Program-made: the position numbers and the translations under genes
Notes under the pieces: model-generated
Database searches by the model: none
The model's input: the letters and a program-made list of their open reading frames with translations, nothing else
What the model was told of the DNA's origin: nothing
Source: Synergistaceae bacterium
GTDB taxonomy: Bacteria; Synergistota; Synergistia; Synergistales; Aminobacteriaceae
Direction of reading: 5' to 3'
Assembly: GCA_017451025.1 (NCBI GenBank)
Contig: JAFSSM010000022.1
Span: 5,420-69,419 of the forward strand
Length of the DNA stretch: 64,000 bases
Shown: positions 54,564 through 64,000 of the stretch, one piece after another
Layout of the letters: each line of letters starts with the position of its first letter
How positions within the stretch are numbered: the stretch's first letter is position 1

Positions 54564-55271
54564 ATGTACAAGCGGATATTGCTGAAGCTGTCGGGTGAAG
54601 TGCTTGCCGGAGAAAAACGCACAGGTCTCGATTTTGGAGAGGTCAGGAAGTTTGCGGAGAATATGGCCGAAATTCAGAGGGCAGGTATCGAGCTGGGAGT
54701 AGTGATAGGCGGCGGAAACATGATACGCGGCCGCGACGCTCTGGACTACGGTCTTGGCCACGCACAGGTTGACTCGATCGGAATGCTCGGTACGGTCATG
54801 AATGCCCTTGCGCTGAAATTCTCGCTCCAGGCTATTGGCGTTAAGGCAGAGGTGCTCTCGGCTGTAGGGATGTCTCCTGTAGCAGAGCTTTACAGCAGGG
54901 AAAAAGCAGAGTCGCTTCTCGCGTCGGGGTATGTCGTGATTTTCGGTGCAGGGACAGGGCATCCGTTCTTCTCGACGGATACGGCGGCAGCACTCAGGGC
55001 GGCGGAATTGAGTCTTGACTGCGTGGTGAAGGCCACTAAGGTCAACGGAATATACACTAAGGACCCCGCAAAATTCCCTGACGCTGAGTTTCTGCCGGAG
55101 CTGACCTACAGCGAGGCTATTGCTCGTGGAATTGAGGTTATGGACACGGCGGCGTTTGCACTTTGCCGCGAGAACAAGATACCCGTCTGGGTGATGAGCA
55201 TACATGAATCCGGATGGGTGAAGAATATTATTGACGGCGTGAAGACCGGTACAATCGTGAAGGAGGACTAA
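54564..55271 (+). CDS. pyrH: UMP kinase
   Basis: ATG at 54564 with GGAGG SD. MYKRILLKLSGEVL...GGGNMIRG. Confidence 0.95.
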   Translation: MYKRILLKLSGEVLAGEKRTGLDFGEVRKFAENMAEIQRAGIELGVVIGGGNMIRGRDALDYGLGHAQVDSIGMLGTVMNALALKFSLQAIGVKAEVLSAVGMSPVAELYSREKAESLLASGYVVIFGAGTGHPFFSTDTAAALRAAELSLDCVVKATKVNGIYTKDPAKFPDAEFLPELTYSEAIARGIEVMDTAAFALCRENKIPVWVMSIHESGWVKNIIDGVKTGTIVKED

Positions 55272-55277
55272 CACACA

Positions 55278-55835
55278 ATGCCGAAGGATGAACTTGCAGC
55301 ACTCAAGGAAAATATGGACAAAGCTATAGCGTTTTTGCAGAATGAGTACTTATCCATCAGGACAGGCAGGGCGCATCCCGGCCTTGTGAGCGATATTAAG
55401 GCGGACTACTACGGAACGCCGACAGCCCTGAAGCAATTGGCGAACATAACGATTCCGGAAGGCCGCGTGATTCAGATTGCACCGTTCGACAAGGGTGCGC
55501 TGAAAGCTATGGAGAAGGCAATTCTGGCCGCGAATATCGGTATGACCCCGCAGAGCGACGGTACGGTTATTCGTCTGACGCTTCCCGAATTGACGAAGGC
55601 ACGTCGCGTTGAGCTGACGAAGATTCTGGCCAAGAAGGCAGAAGAAGCCAAAGTAGTAATCAGGAATTACCGCCGTGATGCAATCGAGAGCCTGAAGAAG
55701 CAGGAGAAGGCCAGCGAGATAACGGAGGACGACCTCAAGAAGCTGACGAAGGACGTACAGGACATAACGGACAGCTACATCAAGAAGATAGACGAGGTCT
55801 ACAAGGTTAAGGAGAAGGAAGTTATGGAGGATTAA
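55278..55835 (+). CDS. frr: Ribosome recycling factor
   Basis: 185 aa. LSIRTGRAHPGLVSDIKADYYG. Confidence 0.95.
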   Translation: MPKDELAALKENMDKAIAFLQNEYLSIRTGRAHPGLVSDIKADYYGTPTALKQLANITIPEGRVIQIAPFDKGALKAMEKAILAANIGMTPQSDGTVIRLTLPELTKARRVELTKILAKKAEEAKVVIRNYRRDAIESLKKQEKASEITEDDLKKLTKDVQDITDSYIKKIDEVYKVKEKEVMED

Positions 55836-55841
55836 TCAATC

Positions 55842-56645
55842 ATGGAAGAAAGAAGTCAGTACAATTCACCCGGCTACACGACGTTCAAGATGAAGCTCAA
55901 GAAGTTAATCGGCATAGACTTAAACTCCTACAAGGAGCAGATACACCGCCGGACTCATGAGCTGATGGCACGCTGGGGCTGCAAGACTTACGATGAGTAT
56001 TACGACATGATGAGCAAGGACGAAAAGAAGCTGCGTGAGTTTCTCGACCACCTGACAATCAACGTGTCGGAATTTTTCCGTAATGACTCGCAGTGGTGGA
56101 AGATGAGGGACAAGATAATTCCTGAACTGATCGCCAAGCGCAAGACCAAACGCCTCAAGCTGTGGAGTGCTGGATGTGCCACAGGCGAGGAGCCTTATTC
56201 GCTGGCGATACTGTCTGCTGTGTGCGGGCTGGACCAAATGAACCCGGTTCTGGCCGCTGACATAGATCAGGGAGCAATCGCCGCCGCACAGAGAGCAAAT
56301 TACCGCAAAGCTAACCTGCTGAATGTCCCGAAGGAATACCTGGCCAAGTACTTCACGACGAAAGATGCCGGGCAAACCTACGACGTGAACCCGGAAATCA
56401 AGCGCCGTGTGTCCTTCAAGCGCATGAACATGATCGAGGACGCATTCGGCGGAGGGTTTGACCTGATATTGTGCCGCAACGTCGTAATCTACTTCACGGC
56501 GGAGACTAAGGAAAAACTCTACAAGAAGTTCTTCGACGCGCTGGCACCTGGCGGATATTTCCTTGTCGGCTCAACGGAACAGATATTCGGCTACCAGCAA
56601 ATCGGGTTTGAGTCGGCCGGGCCGTTCCTGTACACGAAGAAGTGA
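55842..56645 (+). CDS. CheR-type protein-glutamate O-methyltransferase
   Basis: TINVSEFFRN...LWSAGCATGEEPYSLAI...ILCRNVVIYF. Confidence 0.8.
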   Translation: MEERSQYNSPGYTTFKMKLKKLIGIDLNSYKEQIHRRTHELMARWGCKTYDEYYDMMSKDEKKLREFLDHLTINVSEFFRNDSQWWKMRDKIIPELIAKRKTKRLKLWSAGCATGEEPYSLAILSAVCGLDQMNPVLAADIDQGAIAAAQRANYRKANLLNVPKEYLAKYFTTKDAGQTYDVNPEIKRRVSFKRMNMIEDAFGGGFDLILCRNVVIYFTAETKEKLYKKFFDALAPGGYFLVGSTEQIFGYQQIGFESAGPFLYTKK

Positions 56646-56998
56646 TGTACGAATTTCAGCTCACGAACCGGCTGAACATAGAGCTTCAGAACCTATGCAG
56701 CAAGTTCCGTGTCAGCAGGATAAACAGGATTCTAATCAGGATAGGCGGCCTCAGGAAAATTAACCCCGAGCTGATGACGTTTATCTTTGCGGCGATTTCG
56801 CGGGGGACGCCTGCGGAAGGAGCACTGCTTTCTGTGATGATAGTACCTACTGCGTTTATGTGCAGGACTTGCGGCAGAACCTGGACGACAATGGAGGATG
56901 CAGAGTTTTTGTGCCCTTACTGCCAGAGCAGGGATGTTGATTTGCTGTCAGGGCTTGAACTGGCGATAGATTTTCTTGAAGTTGAGAGCGAGGTATGA
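56642..56998 (+). CDS. hypA: Hydrogenase nickel-insertion protein HypA-like
   Basis: 118 aa. N-terminal MYE, zinc site CRTCG...CPYC. Confidence 0.65.
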   Translation: MMYEFQLTNRLNIELQNLCSKFRVSRINRILIRIGGLRKINPELMTFIFAAISRGTPAEGALLSVMIVPTAFMCRTCGRTWTTMEDAEFLCPYCQSRDVDLLSGLELAIDFLEVESEV

Positions 56999-57135
56999 CA
57001 CAGCCGACGGCGCGTTCTTTCGTCAAACAGCCGGAATGTTATGCACAAAGAGCAGGGTATGAAGGATGTCATTCATAAACGCGCACGGAGACCCCTAGCT
57101 TCAGCTATGGTGAGGAAGTGCGCTATCTCCTTTCT

Positions 57136-58560
57136 TTAGTATATTCGCTAATACCTTTATGTTTTAGCGATATTTGTTATACTTTCTTACAGAAAGTGAG
57201 GTGATAACTTTGTACTTAACTGTAAAAAATCAACTTAGGCATCTTTCGGCAAGTAAATTTGAAACTTTGCGTACTCTTTGCAGGCTGTCTAAAAACCTCT
57301 ATAACGAAGCTCTCTACAGCATCAGGCAGTATTACTTTGTCGAGCATAAATATCTACGTTATGAGAACAATTACCATGTCTGCAAAGATAGCCATAACTA
57401 CAAGGCTCTAGGGACTGAGATTGCTCAGCAGACATTGAAAGTCGCTGACCGCTGCTTTAAGTCCTTCTTTGCCCTTATCAGCAAGGCTAAATCAGGCTTG
57501 TACCAGTTCAATATGGTACGGTTACCGCATTATCTCAGCAAAGAAGGCTGGTTCTCCCTGATTATTCCACGCATTAAGATTAAGGACGGGGCTTTTGCTC
57601 TCCCTATGTCTAGAGACTTCAAGAAGGAGCACGGAGAACTGCGCTTTACTATACCGCCTAACATTGACGGCAAAGAAATTAAGGAGGTTCGTATTCACCC
57701 GCGAAATCATGCACGTTTCTTCGAGATTGAGTATATCTACGAACAACCGGAAGTTCAGATTGATGTTGCCCCTGATAAATTCTTAGGTATTGACTTGGGG
57801 CTTGATAATCTTGCAACTTGCGTAACAAGCGACGGGGCATCGTTTATTATCGATGGCAAGCAAATCAAATCTTACAACCGCTTGTACAACAAGGAGAACG
57901 CAAGGCTTCAGAGCATCAAGGACAAACAGCACGTCAAGGGTTTCACACAGCGGCAGTATCTCAATCTCCGAAAACGCAATGCCCGAATAAATTACGCAAT
58001 GAGTGCAGCGGCCAGGCGGATAATCACTTACTGCATCAATAACAGGATAGGCAATATCGTAGTCGGCTGTAATCCTGACTGGAAACAACACATCCATATT
58101 GGAGACGTAACCAATCAGAATTTTGTGCAGATACCGCACGGAGTACTTCGCGATAAATTAGCATATCTGTGTGAACTATACGGCATAAGATACATTGAGC
58201 AAGAAGAAAGCTATACATCACAGGCATCTTTCTTTGACGATGACCCCATGCCAATCTACAACGCAGATAATCCGCAAAGCTATACATTCAGCGGCAAACG
58301 GACAACGCGCGGACAGTATAGAGCCGCCAGCGGATATATTCTGAATGCTGATGTAAACGGAGCATTGAACATACTGCGTAAAAGTAAACTGGTGAACCTT
58401 CGGGTTCTACAGAATAGAGGCTGTGTAAGCCAGCCCCGGCGAATAAGGATATTCTGGAGTGGCAGTAATCAAGTCCAGACGCTAGGCCGTATACCAAACT
58501 TCACTGAAAGCACCCGCCTTTAGGCGTGGGGTCGCTTACATTCTGCTTTTTCTCTGTTCC
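57136..58560 (+). mobile_element. IS200/IS605-family TnpB-only element (IS1341-like); ends not resolved
   Basis: tnpB ORF with an upstream 7-bp hairpin (TCGCTAA-12 nt-TTAGCGA, 57145-57170). No tnpA. Lies between hypA and pcrA. Confidence 0.5.
57210..58523 (+). CDS. tnpB: TnpB (RuvC-type RNA-guided nuclease family), zinc-finger cysteines absent
   Basis: TTG at 57210 after GAGGTGA. GIDLGLDN (RuvC-I), EQEESYTSQ, NADVNGALNI (RuvC-III). Confidence 0.8.
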   Translation: MYLTVKNQLRHLSASKFETLRTLCRLSKNLYNEALYSIRQYYFVEHKYLRYENNYHVCKDSHNYKALGTEIAQQTLKVADRCFKSFFALISKAKSGLYQFNMVRLPHYLSKEGWFSLIIPRIKIKDGAFALPMSRDFKKEHGELRFTIPPNIDGKEIKEVRIHPRNHARFFEIEYIYEQPEVQIDVAPDKFLGIDLGLDNLATCVTSDGASFIIDGKQIKSYNRLYNKENARLQSIKDKQHVKGFTQRQYLNLRKRNARINYAMSAAARRIITYCINNRIGNIVVGCNPDWKQHIHIGDVTNQNFVQIPHGVLRDKLAYLCELYGIRYIEQEESYTSQASFFDDDPMPIYNADNPQSYTFSGKRTTRGQYRAASGYILNADVNGALNILRKSKLVNLRVLQNRGCVSQPRRIRIFWSGSNQVQTLGRIPNFTESTRL

Positions 58561-58610
58561 GGCATTATGTGCTGTATAATCAGAAACCAGTCTAAATTGG
58601 AGAGTAAGCT

Positions 58611-60641
58611 ATGACAGAAATACTTCAGCATTTATCGCCCAAACAGCAGGAAGCAGCCCGATATACAGACGGGCACCTGTTAATTCTCGCCGGAGCAGGA
58701 AGCGGCAAAACCAGAGTACTAACCCACAAAATTGCGTGGCTGATCTCTGAAGGCATAGCCAGCCCCGACGAAATCTTGGCCGTAACCTTCACCAACAAGG
58801 CCGCCGGAGAAATGCGCACGAGAATTAACGCACTGGTCGGAGAATCTGCCGCTCTGAGAATCAACGTCAGCACGTTTCACGGCTATGGATTGAGATTTTT
58901 GTTCAGGTACAGGGAAGCCGCGCAGAATGAACTGGCACTCAGAGAAGGCTTTACAGTTTTCGACAGGGATGACTCACGCGCACTGGTCAAGGAAATTCTC
59001 GACGAGACCGATACGCCCGAAGAGAAAGCTCCTGCAGAAGTTCTCGACATAATTTCGCGGGACTATGCCTTGTGGTCGCCGGGAAAACATGACAGTTTTA
59101 TTAATGACGAATGGCTCAGGGATATTGCCGACGAATACAGGTCAAGGCTCCGCAAGCTCAACGCAGTAGACTTCGACGATCTGATGATGCTTCCCATGAT
59201 GCTTATGGAGAATAAGCCCGAACTTATGCTCAGAGAGCAGGAACGTATACGCTGGCTTCTCGTCGATGAGTACCAGGACGTGAATAACGCACAGGACTTA
59301 TTGCTGAGCCGTTACCTTGTCGGGAAAAGCAGCATAATCAACGCTGTCGGAGACCCTGACCAGTCGATTTATGGCTGGCGCGGCGCAGATATTAACGTTA
59401 TCCTGAATTTCTCGCACGAATACCCGCGAGCAAAGACCATCAAGCTGGAGCAGAATTACCGCTCCACGAAAATAATACTCGATGCATCGAACGCCCTTAT
59501 CCGGAACAACATCAACAGGCTCAAAAAAGAACTGTTCACCGCCAACAAAATTGGCGACAGGATATACACGCTGATTGCCGGGAGCGACTACCAGGAGACG
59601 GACTTTCTTGTTCAGGAAATAGACAGGCTTCACCGGATTAAGAGCTATGCTTACCACGAGATAGCTGTTCTTTACCGGCAGAACTCAATGAGCCGACTCA
59701 TCGAGAAGAAATTTCTGGAGAATGACATTCCCTACAGAATAATTCGGGGCGTAACGTTCTACGAGCGAATGGAAGTAAGGGATGTGCTCGCAATTCTGAA
59801 GCTGGCAGTTAATCCGCGCGATATTGTCTCGATGGAACGCGCGGCCAAGATAAAAAGCATCCTCGAGGGAATGGGAGCAAAGAGCCTCGAGGCTTGGCAG
59901 GAATGGCTCAACTCACAGCTTCAGGGAGTTCTGAACAATCCGGCGCAGTTGTGGGGATTGGTTTCTTCCGGTTCGTGGAAGGTCAGCACCAAGAAAGCCC
60001 GCGAGTCCATGCAGAAATTAGCAGCTCACATGTGCGCAATTAACGACATGGCCTATGACGGAATCAGGGCAGTCATAGATTACGTGCTAAGCGATATGGG
60101 ATATGCCGGACACCTGATAAATTTCGACAGGGAGACCAGCACGGACAGAATTGCTAACGTTATGGAGCTGAAGTCTATAGTGCCGGACGGAGATCTGCGC
60201 GAAACTCTGGCGGAGGCAGCGTTATTCACCGACGCAGACACTACGGACGAGGAACGTGATTCTGTCGGACTGATGACCCTTCACGCGTCAAAAGGTCTCG
60301 AGTTTCCTGTGGTGTTCATTGTCGGGCTTGAGGAAGGAGTATTCCCGCATCTGCCGCGTCAGGATGCTTCAGACCCGGACGGCGAAATGGAGGAGGAACG
60401 CAGGTTGTGCTACGTCGGAATGACTCGTGCTGAGGAAAAGCTCTACATGACCTGCGCACGGACAAGAATGCTCTATGGGAATGTTCAGGAAAATGATATG
60501 TCGCGCTTCCTGCTCGAGATTCCCGACAACCTGCAGGAAATGGACGACAGGGCAATTTTCCGGAGCGGAATGTTCAGCGACAGAAAGAAGCGTGGAGGCT
60601 ATGGCGGTTATAGCGGTAACAGGGGACATCGGTTCTGGTAA
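58611..60641 (+). CDS. pcrA: ATP-dependent DNA helicase PcrA/UvrD
   Basis: ILAGAGSGKTRVL...VDEYQDVN...TLHASKGLEFPVVF. Confidence 0.95.
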   Translation: MTEILQHLSPKQQEAARYTDGHLLILAGAGSGKTRVLTHKIAWLISEGIASPDEILAVTFTNKAAGEMRTRINALVGESAALRINVSTFHGYGLRFLFRYREAAQNELALREGFTVFDRDDSRALVKEILDETDTPEEKAPAEVLDIISRDYALWSPGKHDSFINDEWLRDIADEYRSRLRKLNAVDFDDLMMLPMMLMENKPELMLREQERIRWLLVDEYQDVNNAQDLLLSRYLVGKSSIINAVGDPDQSIYGWRGADINVILNFSHEYPRAKTIKLEQNYRSTKIILDASNALIRNNINRLKKELFTANKIGDRIYTLIAGSDYQETDFLVQEIDRLHRIKSYAYHEIAVLYRQNSMSRLIEKKFLENDIPYRIIRGVTFYERMEVRDVLAILKLAVNPRDIVSMERAAKIKSILEGMGAKSLEAWQEWLNSQLQGVLNNPAQLWGLVSSGSWKVSTKKARESMQKLAAHMCAINDMAYDGIRAVIDYVLSDMGYAGHLINFDRETSTDRIANVMELKSIVPDGDLRETLAEAALFTDADTTDEERDSVGLMTLHASKGLEFPVVFIVGLEEGVFPHLPRQDASDPDGEMEEERRLCYVGMTRAEEKLYMTCARTRMLYGNVQENDMSRFLLEIPDNLQEMDDRAIFRSGMFSDRKKRGGYGGYSGNRGHRFW

Positions 60642-61158
60642 GTCGACGGCGGCGAAATACTTGGCCGGATATTTGGGCTGTGAATGCCTCGACGCGGACA
60701 GAGTTGCAAAATCACTCTGGGAACGTCCGGACATAAAAGCTCAGGCAGTGAGTCGCTGGGGTGAGGAGATACTTGACCCTTCAGGAAAAATCAACACAGC
60801 AGAAACAGCGTTGCGGATATTTTCGGCAAAGAGTGAGCATGATTTCTGCAATTCGCTCCTTCATCCGGCTGTGATGAGTGAGCTTCACGGCCAAGTACAC
60901 GGAGCTTCAGTTCTGGAGATTCCGCTTCTTCCGGAGACAGGCAGGCCGGAATGGATTGACCGTGCAATTTACGTTACGGCAAAGTTCGAGGCCAGAGCAG
61001 AACGGTGCAAGCTGAGGGGCTGGGATTCTGAGGAGCTGAGGCGGCGGGAAAAATTCCTTCTTCCGCAGAACGAGAGAATAGCAGTCTGTGATTATATCGT
61101 GTACAATGACGGAGGAATCAGCGACTTATACAGACAACTAGAGGAGGCAAAATTTTGA
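60601..61158 (+). CDS. coaE: Dephospho-CoA kinase
   Basis: ATG at 60601. MAVIAVTGDIGSGKST. Overlaps the pcrA 3' end by 41 nt. Confidence 0.85.
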   Translation: MAVIAVTGDIGSGKSTAAKYLAGYLGCECLDADRVAKSLWERPDIKAQAVSRWGEEILDPSGKINTAETALRIFSAKSEHDFCNSLLHPAVMSELHGQVHGASVLEIPLLPETGRPEWIDRAIYVTAKFEARAERCKLRGWDSEELRRREKFLLPQNERIAVCDYIVYNDGGISDLYRQLEEAKF

Positions 61159-62963
61159 CGGCAGTAAACGAAGTACCCGAGAGGAGCAGCATCCCGGAAA
61201 AAGACAAGTGGAATCTCGAGGCAATATACGCGGCGTTTGACGAGTGGCAGAAGGCATATGACCAGACTCTTGCAGAAATTGACGGGCTTGCGGAATATGC
61301 AGGCAAGCTCGGTGAAGGCTCGGGAACATTGCTCGAGTTCATCAGGAAGGACGAGTCAGTATCGCTTGAGCTTGGCAAACTCTATTCCTATGCGAACATG
61401 AAGAGCCATGAAGACCTGCGGCTCGCTAAGCCAATGGAGATGGCGAGCATGGCAGAGAGTCTTATGGTGAAGTATTCGGCGGCTGTGTCGTTCTTTGAGC
61501 CGGAAATTCTGGCATTGCCGCACGAATACATCAACGACTGCATCAAGAATGAGCATGAACTTACCCGTTACGAGTTCTTCTTCCGGAAATTACTGCGAGA
61601 GCGTGAGCACATATTGCCGCGCGAACAGGAAGAACTTTTAGCGAAGGCCGGAGAGATGCGAGCAGTCCCGGAGAATGCGTTTTCGCTCCTGACTGATGCA
61701 GATATGGCCTTCCCGAATATTCAGGACGAGGCCGGAAATGAGGCAGAACTCACCGAAGAACGCTGGTACAGGTTCAGCCGCAGCAAGGACAGGCGGGTAA
61801 GGCACGATGCCTTCATGGGAATCTACGGGACTTACGCGAAGTTCCAGCACGCGGTCAGCGCGTTGTACGCAGGCTCAGTGAAGGGGGATATATTCTACGC
61901 ACGGGCCAGGCACTACAAGGACAGCCTCGATATGGCGTTATTCGCCGAGAACGTCCCCGAAGAAGTGTACTCAAATGTTGTGGACACAGCCCGCGAATAT
62001 TCCGCGCCCTTAATGCACAAGCTGATAGCACTCCGCAAAAAGGTGCTCGGCCTTGACGAATTTCACTTCTACGACCTGAACGCCCCGATAACCACCGAAC
62101 CGGAGAGGAGCTACACTTTCGACGAGGCAGTGAGCATTGCGGTTGAGGCACTTGCACCGCTCGGCGAGGAGTATTGCGCAAATTTCCGCAGGGGCATATC
62201 CGAACGCTGGATCGACATCTACGAGAACAAGGGCAAACGCAAGGGTGCGTACTCTTGGGGAGCTTACGGCACGAAGCCTTATGTACTGCTGAACTTTGAC
62301 GGGACGATTCACGACGTGTTCACGCTTGTGCACGAGATGGGCCACAGCCTTCACAGCTACTATTCCCGCGAGAATCAGCCGCAGGTTTACGCGGACTACA
62401 CGATACTCCTGGCCGAAGTTGCCTCGACGACGAACGAGGCCCTGCTGCTGGAATATCTGCTTAAGCATAATTCCGACCCTGAGGCCAGAAAATGGCTGCT
62501 CGCTTACTATTACGACATGGTGCGCGTGACGTTCTTCCGTCAGGCAATGTTCGCTGACTTTGAGCGCGAGGCCCACAGGCACAGCGAATCCGGCGGAGTC
62601 TTAACTCCCGAATACCTCAATGATTTATGGAGAAAACTGAACGCTCACTGCTACGGGCCGGACATGGTGATTGACGAAGAGCTTTGCGCGGAATGGGCAC
62701 GTATTCCTCACTTCTACTCTGCGTTCTACGTGTACAAGTACGTTACGGGCTTCACGGCGGCAAATGCATTTTCGTCGGCGATTCTGAATCAGGAAGAGGG
62801 AGCTGTGAACCGCTACATAAACTTCCTGAAGAGCGGAGGCAGCGATTACAGCCTGAACATTCTTCGGAGGGCGGGAGTTGACCTGACGGAAAAAGCACCC
62901 TTTGAGCGCACGATGCGGACATTCAGCGAAAGACTGGACGAAGGGCTGAAGGTGTGGGCATGA
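61155..62963 (+). CDS. pepF: Oligoendopeptidase F (M3B)
   Basis: 602 aa. HEMGHSLH zinc motif. Confidence 0.9.
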   Translation: MTAVNEVPERSSIPEKDKWNLEAIYAAFDEWQKAYDQTLAEIDGLAEYAGKLGEGSGTLLEFIRKDESVSLELGKLYSYANMKSHEDLRLAKPMEMASMAESLMVKYSAAVSFFEPEILALPHEYINDCIKNEHELTRYEFFFRKLLREREHILPREQEELLAKAGEMRAVPENAFSLLTDADMAFPNIQDEAGNEAELTEERWYRFSRSKDRRVRHDAFMGIYGTYAKFQHAVSALYAGSVKGDIFYARARHYKDSLDMALFAENVPEEVYSNVVDTAREYSAPLMHKLIALRKKVLGLDEFHFYDLNAPITTEPERSYTFDEAVSIAVEALAPLGEEYCANFRRGISERWIDIYENKGKRKGAYSWGAYGTKPYVLLNFDGTIHDVFTLVHEMGHSLHSYYSRENQPQVYADYTILLAEVASTTNEALLLEYLLKHNSDPEARKWLLAYYYDMVRVTFFRQAMFADFEREAHRHSESGGVLTPEYLNDLWRKLNAHCYGPDMVIDEELCAEWARIPHFYSAFYVYKYVTGFTAANAFSSAILNQEEGAVNRYINFLKSGGSDYSLNILRRAGVDLTEKAPFERTMRTFSERLDEGLKVWA

Positions 62964-63793
62964 CGAAACTGATAGCGTTTGACCTGGATTTTACGCTGCT
63001 GGACACGAAGAAGAATGTATCGCCGGAAAATTTGCGAGTGCTTGCGAAGGCGGCAAGTCTGGGGATAGAGATTGTGCCTGTAACCGGCAGAGTGTGGAGC
63101 GCGGTCCCGGAAGCGGTGAAGGGCATGAAGTTTGTGCGCTATGCCGTAACTCTGAACGGAGCGGAGATTTACGACGTGAGGAACGCTAAAGTACTTGGCC
63201 GGTGTCTTCTGCCTCTGGAGAGGGCAGTAACTCTTGCGCGGGTGTTCGAGGATTTGGGAGTGGTGTATGACTTCATAGCAGAAGGACAGGGCTGGATGAG
63301 GCGTGAGCTTTACGACAGAATCGAGAGCGTTTCAGATGGCGAGTGGCAGACGAACATCATGAAGACATCGCGCAAACCTGTTGATGACTTCTTCGGGAAA
63401 ATGAACGAATACCCTGACGGAGTGCAGAAGATGCAGATTTACACCCGCGACAAGGATTTACGCGCAAACCTGCTGAATGCTTTACCTGTAGTTTTCCCTC
63501 ACGCGCTGTTCACTTCGTCGGTGCCGAACAACATAGAAATTAACGACCCTTCCGCCAACAAGGGAGAAGGGCTGAAGTTCATAGCGGAGTACCTCAAAAT
63601 TCCGATGACCGCAACAATGGCGTTCGGCGACGGGCTTAACGACCTTGAAATGATACGTTCAGCCGGAATAGGTGTAGCGATGGGTAATGCGTGCACGGAA
63701 TTGCTGGAGATTGCCGACCACGTTACGAGCGACTGCGACCACGACGGAGTGGCTGAAGGCATCAAGACGTTCTGCAGGGGTATAGATGATTAG
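62954..63793 (+). CDS. Cof-type HAD-IIB hydrolase
   Basis: LIAFDLDFTLL...AFGDGLNDLEMI. Confidence 0.85.
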   Translation: MGMTKLIAFDLDFTLLDTKKNVSPENLRVLAKAASLGIEIVPVTGRVWSAVPEAVKGMKFVRYAVTLNGAEIYDVRNAKVLGRCLLPLERAVTLARVFEDLGVVYDFIAEGQGWMRRELYDRIESVSDGEWQTNIMKTSRKPVDDFFGKMNEYPDGVQKMQIYTRDKDLRANLLNALPVVFPHALFTSSVPNNIEINDPSANKGEGLKFIAEYLKIPMTATMAFGDGLNDLEMIRSAGIGVAMGNACTELLEIADHVTSDCDHDGVAEGIKTFCRGIDD

Positions 63794-64000
63794 CCTGGCT
63801 GTGGTAGTTATCTGCGTTCTGGGTGAATATTTCGCGCGGACTTCACTGCATGAATGGACAGTGTACAGCTATAACACGGGGGCTGCCTTCGGGATAATGG
63901 GGGGCAGTCCTGATTTGCTGTTATGGCTTGAACTTGCGGCGAATGTGATTGTTGCGGCAAGCATGATTTTCGTGAAGATGAGGACTTTGACGCGCGTGGG
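63786..64000 (+). CDS. lspA: Lipoprotein signal peptidase II-like (3' end outside window)
   Basis: The ATG overlaps the HAD gene stop. MISLAVVVICVLGEYFARTSL...YNTGAAFGIMGG. Open to the window edge. Confidence 0.5.
   Translation, partial: MISLAVVVICVLGEYFARTSLHEWTVYSYNTGAAFGIMGGSPDLLLWLELAANVIVAASMIFVKMRTLTRV

Overview
The window has two parts. (1) Positions 1 to about 33250 are the right-hand ~33 kb of a contractile-tailed prophage; its left end lies outside the window. It carries a P4-type primase, stacked XRE-type HTH regulators with an ArpU/RinA-like late activator, and a tandem array of Lar-like zinc-ribbon ORFs. The packaging/head module is lambda-type: Nu1-like, GpA, gpW, portal, ClpP-type protease, decoration protein, capsid E. 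The tail is P2/Mu-type: sheath, tube, -1 frameshifted chaperone, tape measure, gpX, D, gp25/W, V, U, PAAR, J, I, fibres, XkdX. An endolysin/holin pair sits inside the tail module, and a small accessory island (HicB-like, DNA methyltransferase, DUF4160/DUF2442) sits ahead of the sheath. The most unusual feature is that the rightward late operon is interrupted at least five times by leftward-facing small membrane-protein genes. Each abuts a conserved ~25-nt module that reads on the minus strand as an extended -10 promoter (TGnTAnnAT-N6-A-TCCCCAA) and overlaps the start codon of the next rightward structural gene. (2) Positions ~33250-64000 are host chromosome of an apparent anaerobe. Genes: DUF2400, ferritin, desulfoferrodoxin, radA, GntR plus LeuCD-like dehydratase, tsaD, ispDF, recR, ybaB, copA, rpsB-tsf-pyrH-frr, cheR-like, hypA, pcrA/uvrD, coaE, pepF, a Cof-type HAD hydrolase and lspA. 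Embedded in this part are an HxlR-linked RiPP-like cassette (Cys-Gly-Gly repeat peptide, radical SAM/SPASM enzyme, nitroreductase) flanked by a duplicated leuD 3' fragment, and a TnpB-only IS element. Three glycan-modification-type genes are associated with simple-sequence tracts: a GT2 gene broken in a pentanucleotide repeat, an FkbM gene broken at G11, and a second FkbM-like gene behind a heptanucleotide repeat. I found no rRNA, tRNA or CRISPR. All family assignments come from reading motifs in the translated ORFs; no searches were run.
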